Below the pieces are notes generated by a model. That model was not told the DNA's origin, made no database searches, and saw only the letters and a program-made list of their open reading frames with translations. DNA of 64,000 nucleotides. Origin: Hemiscyllium ocellatum (lineage: Eukaryota). The stretch is from NCBI RefSeq assembly GCF_020745735.1, contig NC_083408.1:33758484-33822483 (forward strand), read 5' to 3'. The position numbers were made by a program, and so were the translations under genes. Below are positions 53,921-64,000 of this stretch, in pieces. The first letter of the stretch is position 1. Each line of letters opens with the position of its first letter.

Positions 53921-54496
53921 TGTGAGAAACAAAACTCACATATTAATAAATTTCAGTCCGAGTCAAATCCGGAAGCAGCAAACTTTATTGATACGTTCCT
54001 GCAAGAAAGGGTGCCTAACAAGTAAGCACCTCGATCTGAGGGTTACATTCTGATTTATGCTGTTCAGCTGCGTGTCTCGGTCCTCCTCTTTCACCCCATA
54101 GGCTACGCGCTACAGCAAAAGTAACCAATCACAAGCTCTAGCTTCATTCCACCTTTTGTCTAGCTTCTCTCCACCTCTGTTTACTTCTCCCATTACTGTA
54201 AGCCTGTCGCCCCTTACTCTTATTTATCTCATTCCTTATATGGGACTATCCTGGCATAGATTGCTATCTTTGTGCGATCACCCTGCCAAACTAAATTCCA
54301 TCCATTGGCCATATCCCTCCTGAGACTGATATATCCTGCTACACGGTCACTCTGCCCTATTAGTCATAGATAATTCTACCTGTTTTTGCTTCTCACTGTT
54401 TAGTATTTTCGTGTGCAGCCTAATTTTATAATGTAAGTTTTTGCAGAAGCAACACCTGTTCCCTTATTCTGCACAATTTTAACTCTATATCTTACA
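53921..54496 (-). repeat. ERV 3' LTR (576 bp)
   Basis: Preceded by the PPT. TATA-like CATAAAT at 54053-54059 and AATAAA at 53984-53989 on the minus strand. Confidence 0.93.
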
Positions 54497-54498
54497 AT

Positions 54499-54514
54499 CC
54501 CCCCTTTTCTTCTT
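54499..54514 (-). promoter_or_regulatory. Polypurine tract
   Basis: AAGAAGAAAAGGGGGG, 2 nt before the TGTAAG start of the 3' LTR. Confidence 0.9.
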
Positions 54515-54546
54515 GGCTACTAAGTATTGTCTTCTGCATTTGTCTC

Positions 54547-56444
54547 CTACGTTGTCTTCCAGTTCGCTAGCATCATCCCTGAGACTTCATTTACAGTGGC
54601 TAATTCATTAAGGCCACCCCTCCCCTCATTGTTCAAGTGCTTGAGCTCCTCTGCCTGATTACCTTTTAGAGGCATTTGTTTTGCCAAGGCCGTCTCAATT
54701 AGCCGCTGGGTTAGCCCTCATACACAAGGTATGATACAACAGCCAATTGCTGTCAGTACCCCTGCTACCACTATCCGGGAGGTGAGGATAAAGACTACCA
54801 CACCTTTCCACTTCCCAAACCATGATTCCAGCCATCCGGTGAGTGATGTGTCCACTCCTGAATTCTCAGCCAATTCTTTTGCCGAGGTGGTCAATCCTTG
54901 CAAGGCACGAGAGATTGGCCCATCAAGTGCTGTATTATTTGCAATAAAGGTACAACAGCTACCCCCTAACATCTCACATACACCCCCTTTTTCAGCTAGG
55001 ATCATATCTAAGGCCAGTCTGTTTTCCCAGGCCATTCTGTTGGTTGCATCAAGTTGCTTGGAAATACCCTTGACTGCATCTCTAGTGTAATTGATGAATC
55101 TTTGCTGGTTGTAAAAAAAAAAATGGAATTTTATCCAGTCCACATTCTTGTTGACCATTACCCACCAAAATAAGACTGATTCAAAACCTGCTGGAATCTG
55201 GTTGCGGGTCTTAAACTCATCAGGGACCCCTCTAGGAACTCCTCTAGAGTCGAGACAAATCCTATCATCAAAGGAAGTATCTAATAGCGACCTTTTACCC
55301 CTCCCATTCTTTGTTACTATCTCCTTCTCAAATGTCAAGGTGAATGGGATTGCCAATTGCCCATATCCCACTCCAGTCAGGAGGTAGGGTATGTCGCACT
55401 ATTCTGCCTCCACAGTACCACCAGAGATCCGCCTGGGGATCCTGGAGTGCTGAGTAGTTCCCTCCTTTGTCTGTTTCGGTGTAATTCTGAGTTTCTTTCC
55501 ATAACTTCAGCTCCCCCAAGTTTCTAGACCAATTTGTACCCTGTCGGCTTATACACGATGTGTGATTCCTGACCGTGGTTAAAAATGGGGAGGGAGCTTT
55601 CATATCTGTCTTCTCCAAGGGAGGGAACATTCCAGATAGGGATATACAATTCCTATCATTCCATGCAGTCTTATCCTGATACAGGGCGGTCATACATTCC
55701 ATGTCCTTCCTAGCGGAAAGGGGACTATGTGGGCAACTAGTCTACCGGAGGCACGTGCATAGCAATTGCTTTTATTCAGAGTTTTAACAGTGTACTTTAC
55801 CCATTCAACCCAAGCATTTGCGTCCCCGTATCCAGTTTCTATTTCAATGGTCTGCTTCAAGTCCTTCACCTCTATAATTTTTACCACCTCTGGGTCATTG
55901 GGAGGGGCAAAATGTTGTATCTTATTATCCAAGTTGTTTGGCTCGTTTTCCATTTCCTACAACTATTCGGAAACAGCAGCCCGAAGAACACTTCCCAGCG
56001 GCTTATATTACTATCTTTAAATCATCTTTACTAAGGAGTCGGGACCTGTTTTAACAGGGAAGGGAGTTTTCAGAGGAGGTATTCCTAATGGTGGGATTTT
56101 TGGGTGGCACTTTCTGTCAGGACAGTCTAGGACTGGGCGAAAGGGGACTCTATGGATAGTGATGCCAGGTGGCAGTTTTTGCGAACCATACCTTGTGTCC
56201 GGTAGGGTCTTAAGAAGGATTTCGGAGAAAATATACTCCCTCTGATACTTTACATCTGCACATTTTACTAGGCTGCAAGCATCGACCTCTATTACTTATG
56301 GATATTCAGACTCCGGGACCGTTAATAACAAATATGGAGATGACAGCATCATTTGACAAATCCCAATACTAAGAAAGCTAATATGGTAACCCTAAGCGTC
56401 TCCAGCATCCTACAATAGTATTGAAGGACCGAGAGATTTAACAT
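54547..56444 (-). pseudogene. env: env remnant (SU and gamma-type TM)
   Basis: Hydrophobic leader, SU motif IETGYGDANAWVEWVKY, furin site RGKR, ISD-like ENRLALDMILAEKGGVC, CX6CC and a TM anchor. Split over several frames. Confidence 0.9.
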
Positions 56445-56504
56445 GCAATACAATATATAGATATCAAAAAGAAACTATCCTGGGTTCACATAAAAATCAG
56501 TTAC

Positions 56505-57105
56505 TTAAAGTCTTTTGAGTCTGAGTTTCAGTGTTTCTTCTGTTGATTCGGCTGTCCAGACTTCTTTCTTAACTAGGGATTCCACCGGTCCTTTAATCCT
56601 GGTGTAGTGAGTCTGCCCTTTCTCCGCTGTGCGTATCGCCGTTTCAGTAGTCAAAAGAGCCTGGTACGGTCCCTCCCAATCCGGTTGCAATTTAGTTTCT
56701 GTCCATGACTTAATTAGGACCCAATCTCCCGGCCGGATGGGATGAATGGTGAATTCAAGAGGCGGAGTCTGTGCCAGTAATCTGTCTTTTCTTAAGAAAA
56801 GACAAAGACGAGGACAAGCCCAGTATATACTTTTTTAAGAACAGATCTTTAGTTTCCAGGTATGGCAGTTCCCCTTTCATTCCCAGATAGGGCAGGCCAA
56901 ACAATATCACATAAGGGGACAGCCCCATATCTTTCCTTGGAGCTGTCTGCACTCGCAAAAGGGCTATAGGTAAACACTTAATCCAAGGGAGTCTGGTTTC
57001 TATTATTAATTTAGATAACTGCTTCTTGAGTGTCTGGTTCATTCTCTCAACCTTCCCTGATGAAGGTGAGTGCCAAGGGGTGTGAAACTCCCAGGAGATA
57101 ACCAG
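56505..57105 (-). pseudogene. pol: pol remnant: integrase C-terminal half only
   Basis: WEFHTPWHSPSSGKVERMNQTLKKQL (catalytic E), then LQPDWEGPYQALLTTETA (GPY/F motif). Frameshifted. Confidence 0.9.
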
Positions 57106-57759
57106 AGCTGTCTTAAAAGGATTTGTCTATTCAAGGTAAAAAAAAAATCTTATAATGCATGAATAATGGCCGAATCCAAGGTCACAGATATTAACCATAG
57201 GATTGATTTATTACAATCTAATGTTGAACTGAAACTTCAACTGTCATTGAGGGAGGGAACTTTCTGAATAAAGCTACGGCTTAAAATTAAGTGAAAACAA
57301 ATGAGTTTGAAACACAAAAAAAGGTTATCATGTTGTTTTCCTCTGTATTAAGCTGATTTGAAATCGCTTTTATGTAAGGATAAAAGCGATTAGTTAGAAA
57401 CTGATAGTAAGGCAGTCATGACCTGTTAAAAAGAACAGGAGTTAACATTTTATTTCATAATCACTGTTAAAATCCTTAACCCTTAAAAAAAATCATGTTA
57501 AATTTCCAAAAAATAGAAATCCGATTCAAAACCGTCCCGGATCTCGAGCTCCAGGGAACAAAGCACAAACATTCATTAAACATCAAACAAATGTGCATTC
57601 AAACTGAATCACAAAGGGTTAAACTTTCTATTAGTTGTACAGCTCTTTTCTCTCTCTCACTCACTCACACACACCTCACAGACACTTTGAGCTTCCCGCA
57701 ACAATAACTCTAGAGGCTTCTCGCTCCACCCCTCTATCTTTTGAATCTTTTTCTAGATT

Positions 57760-58440
57760 TAACACCCTGCTTGTTGGGGTCTCCACCTCTGTCCTTGTCC
57801 CTGCAAACTGGACCCTACAAAAGGTCCTTCTCATCCTCTAGCCCTTCCTCTATATTCTACATGCTGCCACCCTCCACTCTGATTGCTAGTCACCTGTTCG
57901 ATTCTTTTCTTGACTACTTTGTCAACCGTGGCTACCATCGTTCTCGCCTTCTGTTTTTGTTTCTCATCCTCTCTCTTTACAAATACTTTCTGTGCCTCTC
58001 TTAATAATTCCTCAAGTGATTTCTTACTCCACCCATCTATTTTCTGAATTTGTTTTTGATGTCAGGCCATGATTTAGTTACGAAGTGTACCCTCAGTGGC
58101 CCTTCAGCTACTAGCCCTTCCAACACGAAGCATAATCTGATCCCTCCTGCCTGAAAGGCTGTTTTCTTTTGACATATAAATTCAAATATTTACAAACACA
58201 GTCTTTGTCTGACCCGTACTTTGGCCAGAAGACGGCAGGACGAAGAATGGATTCCTTAGTCCACATAAAGCAACAATATTTAATTATCTTTTTGCTATCA
58301 TTTTCCCTTGTACAAGTATTATTTTTCCAATTCCACAACATCCTGCCCAATGGACTTTCTGGAGGTATGTTGTCAGGGACCCCGCCTCCATTTCCATTTT
58401 GTTTCCCAGAGGCTTTTACTTTATCCTCGGCACAGCCTAT
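57760..58440 (-). pseudogene. gag: gag remnant (MA fused to CA C-terminus; stops at the NC knuckle)
   Basis: IPPESPLGRML...IIKYCCFMW...FWPKYGS (HERV-I-type matrix) jumps at ~58110 to LRVHFVTKSWPDI...LEELLREAQKVFVKREDEKQKQK. The presumed start reads ATA-GGC-TGT (M-G-C mutated). Contains stops and a frameshift. Confidence 0.85.
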
Positions 58441-58696
58441 ATTGAGTTCCTTCATTAGACACTTATTAACTACTAGAACTCAATCCCAGCCACCAAGGCT
58501 GTACTTAAAAATCTCTTTTCCTACCTTGGTCCATGCACGGAGTTGCCTGGCTCCCTGTGTCGATAGACTCTCATCGGATCTCAATCAGTCAACCAGAAGG
58601 AGAAACCCACCACCGAGGAACATGGGACTGTTCTAAAAGGAACAGGATGTGTCTTCCCAACTGTCGACTGTGACCACCCTGCTGGTGATGATGGAT

Positions 58697-58714
58697 ATCC
58701 AGGACGAGCCCCCA
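58697..58714 (-). promoter_or_regulatory. Primer-binding site, tRNA-Pro
   Basis: TGGGGGCTCGTCCTGGAT is a 17/18 match to the canonical tRNA-Pro PBS TGGGGGCTCGTCCGGGAT, 3 nt after the 5' LTR. Confidence 0.92.
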
Positions 58715-58717
58715 AAT

Positions 58718-59397
58718 TGTGAGAAACAAAACTCACATATCAATAAATTTTAGTCCGAGTCAAATTCTGAAGCAGCGAATTTTATTGATCCGTACTTGCA
58801 AGAACAGGTGCCTAACAAGTAAACACCTCGATCTGAGGATTACATTCTGATTTATGTTGTTCAGCTACGTCTCTTGGTCCTCCCCTTTCACCCCATTGGT
58901 TACTTTTGCTGTAGCGCATAGCCTATCACAAGCTCTAACTTCACTCCACCTTTGTCTAGCTTCTCTCTGCCTCTGTTTACTTCTCCCATTACTGTAAGCC
59001 TCTCGCCCCTTACTCTTATTTATCTCATGCCTTAAATGGGACTATCCTGGCATAGTTTGCTGTGTTCGTGTGATCATCCTGCCAAACTAAATTCCATCCG
59101 TTGGCCACATCCCTCCTGAGACTGGCACACTATTCTCCTGTTACTGGTATATCCTGCTACACGGTCACTCTGCCCTTTTAGTCATAGATAATTCTACCTG
59201 TTTTCGCTTCTTCTGTTTTCCTATGCCTGGTACATCCTGCTACACGGTCGCTCTGCCCTATTAGTCATAGATAATTCTACCTATTTTCACTTCTCACTGT
59301 TTAGTATTTTCATGCGCAGCCTAATTTTATCATGTAAGCTTTTACAGAAGCAATACCTGTTCCCTTATTCTGCACAATTTTAACCCTATACCTTACA
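58718..59397 (-). repeat. ERV 5' LTR (680 bp)
   Basis: Starts TGTAAG and ends CTCACA on the minus strand, followed by the PBS. About 90% identical (hand count) to 53921-54496, with an extra 83-bp tandem unit in U3. Confidence 0.93.
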
Positions 59398-61351
59398 ACA
59401 AGGCTCAAAAGATTTCCAGATACTAATGGTATCAAAGGACATAGAGATGGCATGGGTAAACAGCATTAACGTGTATGATCAGCCATAAGTTGGAAATGGC
59501 AGACAGGCTGAATGGTTAACTACTGTTCCTTTGTTTGCTAACCTCTTGCAGTCTTTGTGACAGTATGGTTAGGTCACCCACTCCTGTTATTCCTGTGAGA
59601 ATAGCAATGATTGCAGCAACAAAATGCTTCCAGAAACACTTCGCAGTATTTCCAGGCACTCTGCAATTACAAAGGTCTTTAAAATCACAATCACCGAGAG
59701 CCTGGCCATCTCAATATCATTTGTGCGAAGTCTGTTTTAGTGCTTGCTCTTTATTAGTGCCAGTTCTGCTGTTTGTTTCTGGCACACACAAAGAAGCCAT
59801 GTACCAGTGCCCTGCTTAAGGACGTACCACACTGCTGCACCACAAAAAGCTGGGGACACACTGCTCGCTTCCAAGAAATTGCAAGCCTGATGTAGCAATT
59901 TGTGACTAATTCAAGCTTTGGATTTCTCCAGCTTCAGACCAAGTGAGATTTTTGACACCAGATATCAGTGTCTGACCTGGGTTAAATTTGCTTTTTACAT
60001 TCCCCGTATCATAAAATCTTAAATATTCTTATATGGTTAAGGCAAAAAGATGTAAATAGATTGCTATTTCCATCCTGTCTTTTGATAATAACTAGAATTC
60101 ACTGTACAATAGGGATTAAATGGCTGCCTATATAGATTTTGTCATCACTCAAGCCAATTATGCAGTGATTCAACTCAATAAACATTTTACTACACTTCTC
60201 TGGTGGAATAATCGCTTGGGCTGATAAGTAAATGGATCGTATGAATTAAGAGGTGTATACCACTAGCTGCTTGTGCTTTCTCCATTAATATGATTATACC
60301 TCATCTGATCATTCCACATTCCTGTCTTCCCCAATACTTTTCCACTCCTTTGTTTATTGAGGGAGTGCCTCAGTTGAATGTCTTAGGTTCAGACATTTTA
60401 GCTGCTTTAACTGCCCTCAAAATAAGTTCAGAAATAGGATTTCACTGAAGATTGCACAATGTTCAGCATCATTCGCTTCTCTTCAGATCTATGTCCAAAT
60501 GAAGCAAGACTTGGAAAACATCTTGGTTCGTGCTGACAAATGATGACAAGTAACATTCATGTTACACAAATGCCAGACAATGAACATCTCCAACAAGAGA
60601 GAATCTAACCACCCAAACTTGACCTTCAATGACACCACCATTGTTGAAACTCTCACTATCAACATCTTGGCGTTACCATTGACCAGAAACTGAACTGGAC
60701 TTGCCAAATAAATACACTGGCTACAAGAGCAAGTCAGAAGCTATGAATTCTGCTATTAATAACTCGCCTTTTAACTCTCCAAAGCCTGTCCACCATTTAC
60801 CAGGTACACATCAGGAGTCTGATGGACTACTGCCCACTTGCTTCGTGGACAGTATATCCAGCAGACCATAAGGGTTCTGAATCTGGCTGTCTGTGGCAGC
60901 CATCAACTTTTCATGGAGGCAGCCAAATGCTCATGTACTTAAGGCATGGGATCCCAATAGCATTAGTGCAACCCTGTAATCCTTGTCAGGTTGCTCAGTC
61001 TCCTGACAAAGCTGCCTGCTACTCCTGTGTCTGTGTGCATCAATGAAGTCCCTGATCACAGATATCATGGGCTCCTCTCCTGACTGGGGCTGAGCAGGTA
61101 CCTAATCTCTGGAAGTCCTCTGAGTGCCAGCGACCTGGGGCATTTGTTCTTGGGCCAGCTGCAGAGATGTGGCAGTGAAGTGCTGATCTGCATGTGCTCC
61201 ACTCCAATCTAAATAGATACCGATACTGTGGTGTCGGTATCTGAGACATTAGGGAATGGGAGTAGGCTTGCAGGAGGCAGCCTCGCCTGTGCTTCCTCTG
61301 AGATAGAAGAATAATGTCTTGCAGCTCTGCCTTCTTGCCCATGGAGATTAT

Positions 61352-62383
61352 GGTGTGGAGGTGCCGGTGTTGGACTGGGTGGTCAAAGTTAAAAATCACA
61401 CAACACCAGGTTATAGTCCAACAGGAAAAAGTGAGGACTGCTGATGCTAGAGATCAGAGTCGAAGAGTGTAGTGCTGGAAAAGCACAGCAGCTCAGGCAG
61501 CATCCAAGCAGCAGAAGAATCAACATTTTGGGCATAAGCTCTTCATCAGGAATGGTTACAGTCCAACAGATTTATTTGGAAGTATAAACTTTTGGAGCTT
61601 TTCTCCTTCATCAGGGAGCTTGTGGGGTAGGTTCATAGCACACAGAATTTATAGCAAACGATCAAAGCATCATGCAACTGATGCGATGTATTGAAGAAAC
61701 CTAGATTGCTGTTAAGTCTTTAACTCACTTAGAATGGGATTGCAGATTTCAATTTATTAATATGTACATCCCAGAATTACTTTAAAGTCATGTTCTTGAG
61801 ATAACTTAAGGTTTCATACAAAAAAGGTGACAGCTTAGACAATGCATTAAAGGTGTGAGGTTAGAGTCTGATTGCATCCCAACTTGAGTCAGACTACTTC
61901 TGTTTCCAAAGTAGGAATTTATAAAATGTCACATGGATTGACTGCCTACAGATTATGTGCTTATTGTGGAAGCAGTCAGTCCATGTGACATTTTATAACT
62001 TCTTACTTTGGACATAGAACTAGTCTGACTCAGGGTTGAGATACAGACAAACTCTAACATTGGACCTATTAAGGCATTGTCTGAGCTGAGATGTCACCTT
62101 TTTTTATATAAAACCTTATGTTATCTCGGGAATGTGACTTGAAAGTAGTTCTGAGATTTACATATTAATGAATCGAAACTTGCAACCCAATTCTAAGTGA
62201 TTAAAGACTTAACAGCAATATAGATTTATTCAATACATTGCATCAGTTGTATGACACTTTGATCTTTTACTATAAATTGTGTCTTATGATCCTGCCCCAT
62301 TAGCTACCCGACAAAGGAGCAGCACTCTGAAAGCTTGTACTCCCAAATAAACCTGTTGGGCTATAAACTAGTATTGTGTGATT
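61352..62383. mobile_element. Large inverted-repeat element (second Penelope-like family) with a nested single-arm insertion at 61425-61553
   Basis: Arms of ~400 bp are reverse complements around ~61960. The nested insertion is flanked by GGTTA(T/C)AGTCCAACAG at 61409-61424 and 61554-61569. Confidence 0.8.
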
Positions 62384-63734
62384 ATGATTATGACACTGAT
62401 ATCTGTAGGATCAGAGATAATTTCGAGGACTCGTTGTGGCATGTTAATAATAATATATTGACTGTGGATGTAATGAGTGTAGTAACATTACAAGGAACAA
62501 TAAATGTTTCTTACTTAATTGTTAAGGTATGGATGTTGCTATATCTTCGCAGGACAAATCTTAATCCTCACCAGCGAAGATATCCTCTCCTTATTGGATG
62601 TAAGGAGCCAAATGTTGGGCAGACCACCACTCATCTATGTTTTTTAGCCCTACTATGGTCTATTTTCTCCTGGAGGAATGAAGGGAGAAACGGAGTGAGG
62701 AGAAAGGTGGAACAGCTAGTAGTGCTGATGCAGGTGGGGGAAAGCCATCAGGTGTCTTGAGTGAGTGAATAGGAGGCCATGCAGGTTTATGAAAGTGAAT
62801 GAGTTAAAATGTTGCAGCAAAAGTGAGAATGAGGGAGCTTATTCCTTGAAAGGAGGTGGGTACAGTAGCAGTGATACAGTGAGTGTGACCAGAGAGAAGA
62901 TGGTGGCACTGACTCTGGTGGAGCTGAGAAGGCCATTGATCACTGCTAGGCCTTCCTCCAGATATTTGAGACTACACTGACCAGGGTGGCAACCTTGGAC
63001 CAGTTGCAGCGCTGAGTTGTGACCTCTTCTGTCAGTCTTGCGGGAATAATACACTCCAGATCTCTGTCTGCAAAGCAGGACACAAATTTCTTCAAGTTAA
63101 TCGAACCATAGAGGACAGCTCCAGACTGAGAGTGCTTGATTGGTTGCACAATGACCTTTTAAATATGGTGTCAGTGCCAGGGATCCTGGCAATGTTGAAT
63201 ACATCCGCCTTCAGTGAGTAGAAGAATCAGCTAGCATGACAGAGTGCCATGAAGCGTACTGCTTATTTAGTGATGAGTTGAGGATGATTGCTCAAGGAAA
63301 TGAGCTCAATCTCATCAAACTTGATGAAAATGATACCTAACCAACTTCTGGTAAAATTCAGCCTTGTGTCTTAATTGAGATAGTCGGTATTGATTAGGAA
63401 ATTTGGAGAATTCATACTCACTTTCATATTATGTCCTTCAACATTAAAAGAAGGTCTCAAGCAAAAGACAGCACTTTTCCTAAAGCATTTCCTTCTGCAC
63501 TGAGCTGTCAGTTTCTAATATGTGTTCTCGTTAGATGTGAAAATTCAATGTACAACCTTCTTACCCACAGGGAAAATATTGTAAATGGAGTCAAAATAAT
63601 ACCATAATGTCAAAATAAGGGACTAAGTGGTTTGATTCAAAGTTCACCACATTGTCATTTAATCATTAAAAGCTGGCAGAGTTACTATTTTCTTAGTTTA
63701 TTAAGTTGTGACTTTGGTGACTTGTTTCTGGGGT

Positions 63735-63908
63735 AAAAACAAGGACTGCGGATGCTGGAAACCAGAATCTAGATTAGAGTGGTGCTGGAAAAGCACTGCA
63801 GGTCAGGCAGCATCCGAGGAGCAGGAGAATCGACGTTTCGGGCAAAAGCCCTTCATCAGGAATAGAGGTGACGAAGGGCTTTTGCCCAAAACGTCAATTT
63901 TCCTGCTC
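63735..63908. mobile_element. Penelope-like fold-back insertion with TSD
   Basis: 14-bp TSD CTTGTTTCTGGGGT at 63721-63734 and 63909-63922. Intact hammerhead-like core on the minus strand. Confidence 0.85.
63832..63859 (-). ncRNA. Putative minimal type I hammerhead ribozyme core
   Basis: CUGAUGA-A-GGGC-UUUU-GCCC-GAAAC-GUC: conserved core, perfect 4-bp stem II and palindromic ACGU stem III (dimer type). Stem I is weak and activity is untested. Confidence 0.5.
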
Positions 63909-64000
63909 CTTGTTTCTGGGGTGTCTTGCTTAGTTTCCTCAGTAATACTTACCAAAGGATGTTAAGTACAAAACTCTGGAAATTATTATGCCCAGATATT

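Larger units (their letters stand above)
53921..59397 (-). mobile_element. Defective class I endogenous retrovirus (HERV-I/IP-like), two LTRs
   Basis: TG...CA LTRs, PBS, PPT and gag/IN/env remnants in order. Flanks ACAA(A)/ACAA(G) look like a TSD. Left and right flanks join up as one interrupted CR1 3' end. Confidence 0.95.

Noticed and set aside
54718-55371. Domesticated (syncytin-like) env
   Set aside because: SU is frameshifted, the leader is disrupted and there is a premature stop after the TM anchor. It is a decaying pseudogene.

Overview
Eukaryotic, repeat-dense genomic DNA from a cartilaginous fish. The HE1/V-type SINEs, CR1/HER1-type LINEs and Deu-domain SINEs point to a shark; a bamboo-shark-like species is my inference. 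The only host gene I can support is an inositol-trisphosphate 3-kinase, most similar to ITPKA, on the minus strand. Its large first coding exon (47317-47910) splices in phase 0 across a ~44-kb transposon-filled intron to a 94-nt exon (2989-3082); the rest lies left of the window. About 6 kb upstream, in the same orientation, is a defective two-LTR class I (HERV-I/IP-like) endogenous retrovirus (53921-59397) with a tRNA-Pro PBS, PPT and gag/IN/env remnants. The most unusual observations are: (1) the provirus is a chimaera, with a second, synonymously diverged capsid fragment plus AT-rich DNA in place of NC-PR-RT-RNaseH; (2) its two LTRs differ by a clean 32-bp inversion over the CCAAT box; (3) short Penelope-like fold-back insertions carry 13-16 bp TSDs and minimal hammerhead-ribozyme cores; (4) there are several cis-templated insertions copied from 0.7-1.4 kb away. 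Most ORFs in the track are TE debris or low-complexity artefacts. Boundaries of old repeats are approximate, and family assignments come from recalled motifs, not database searches.
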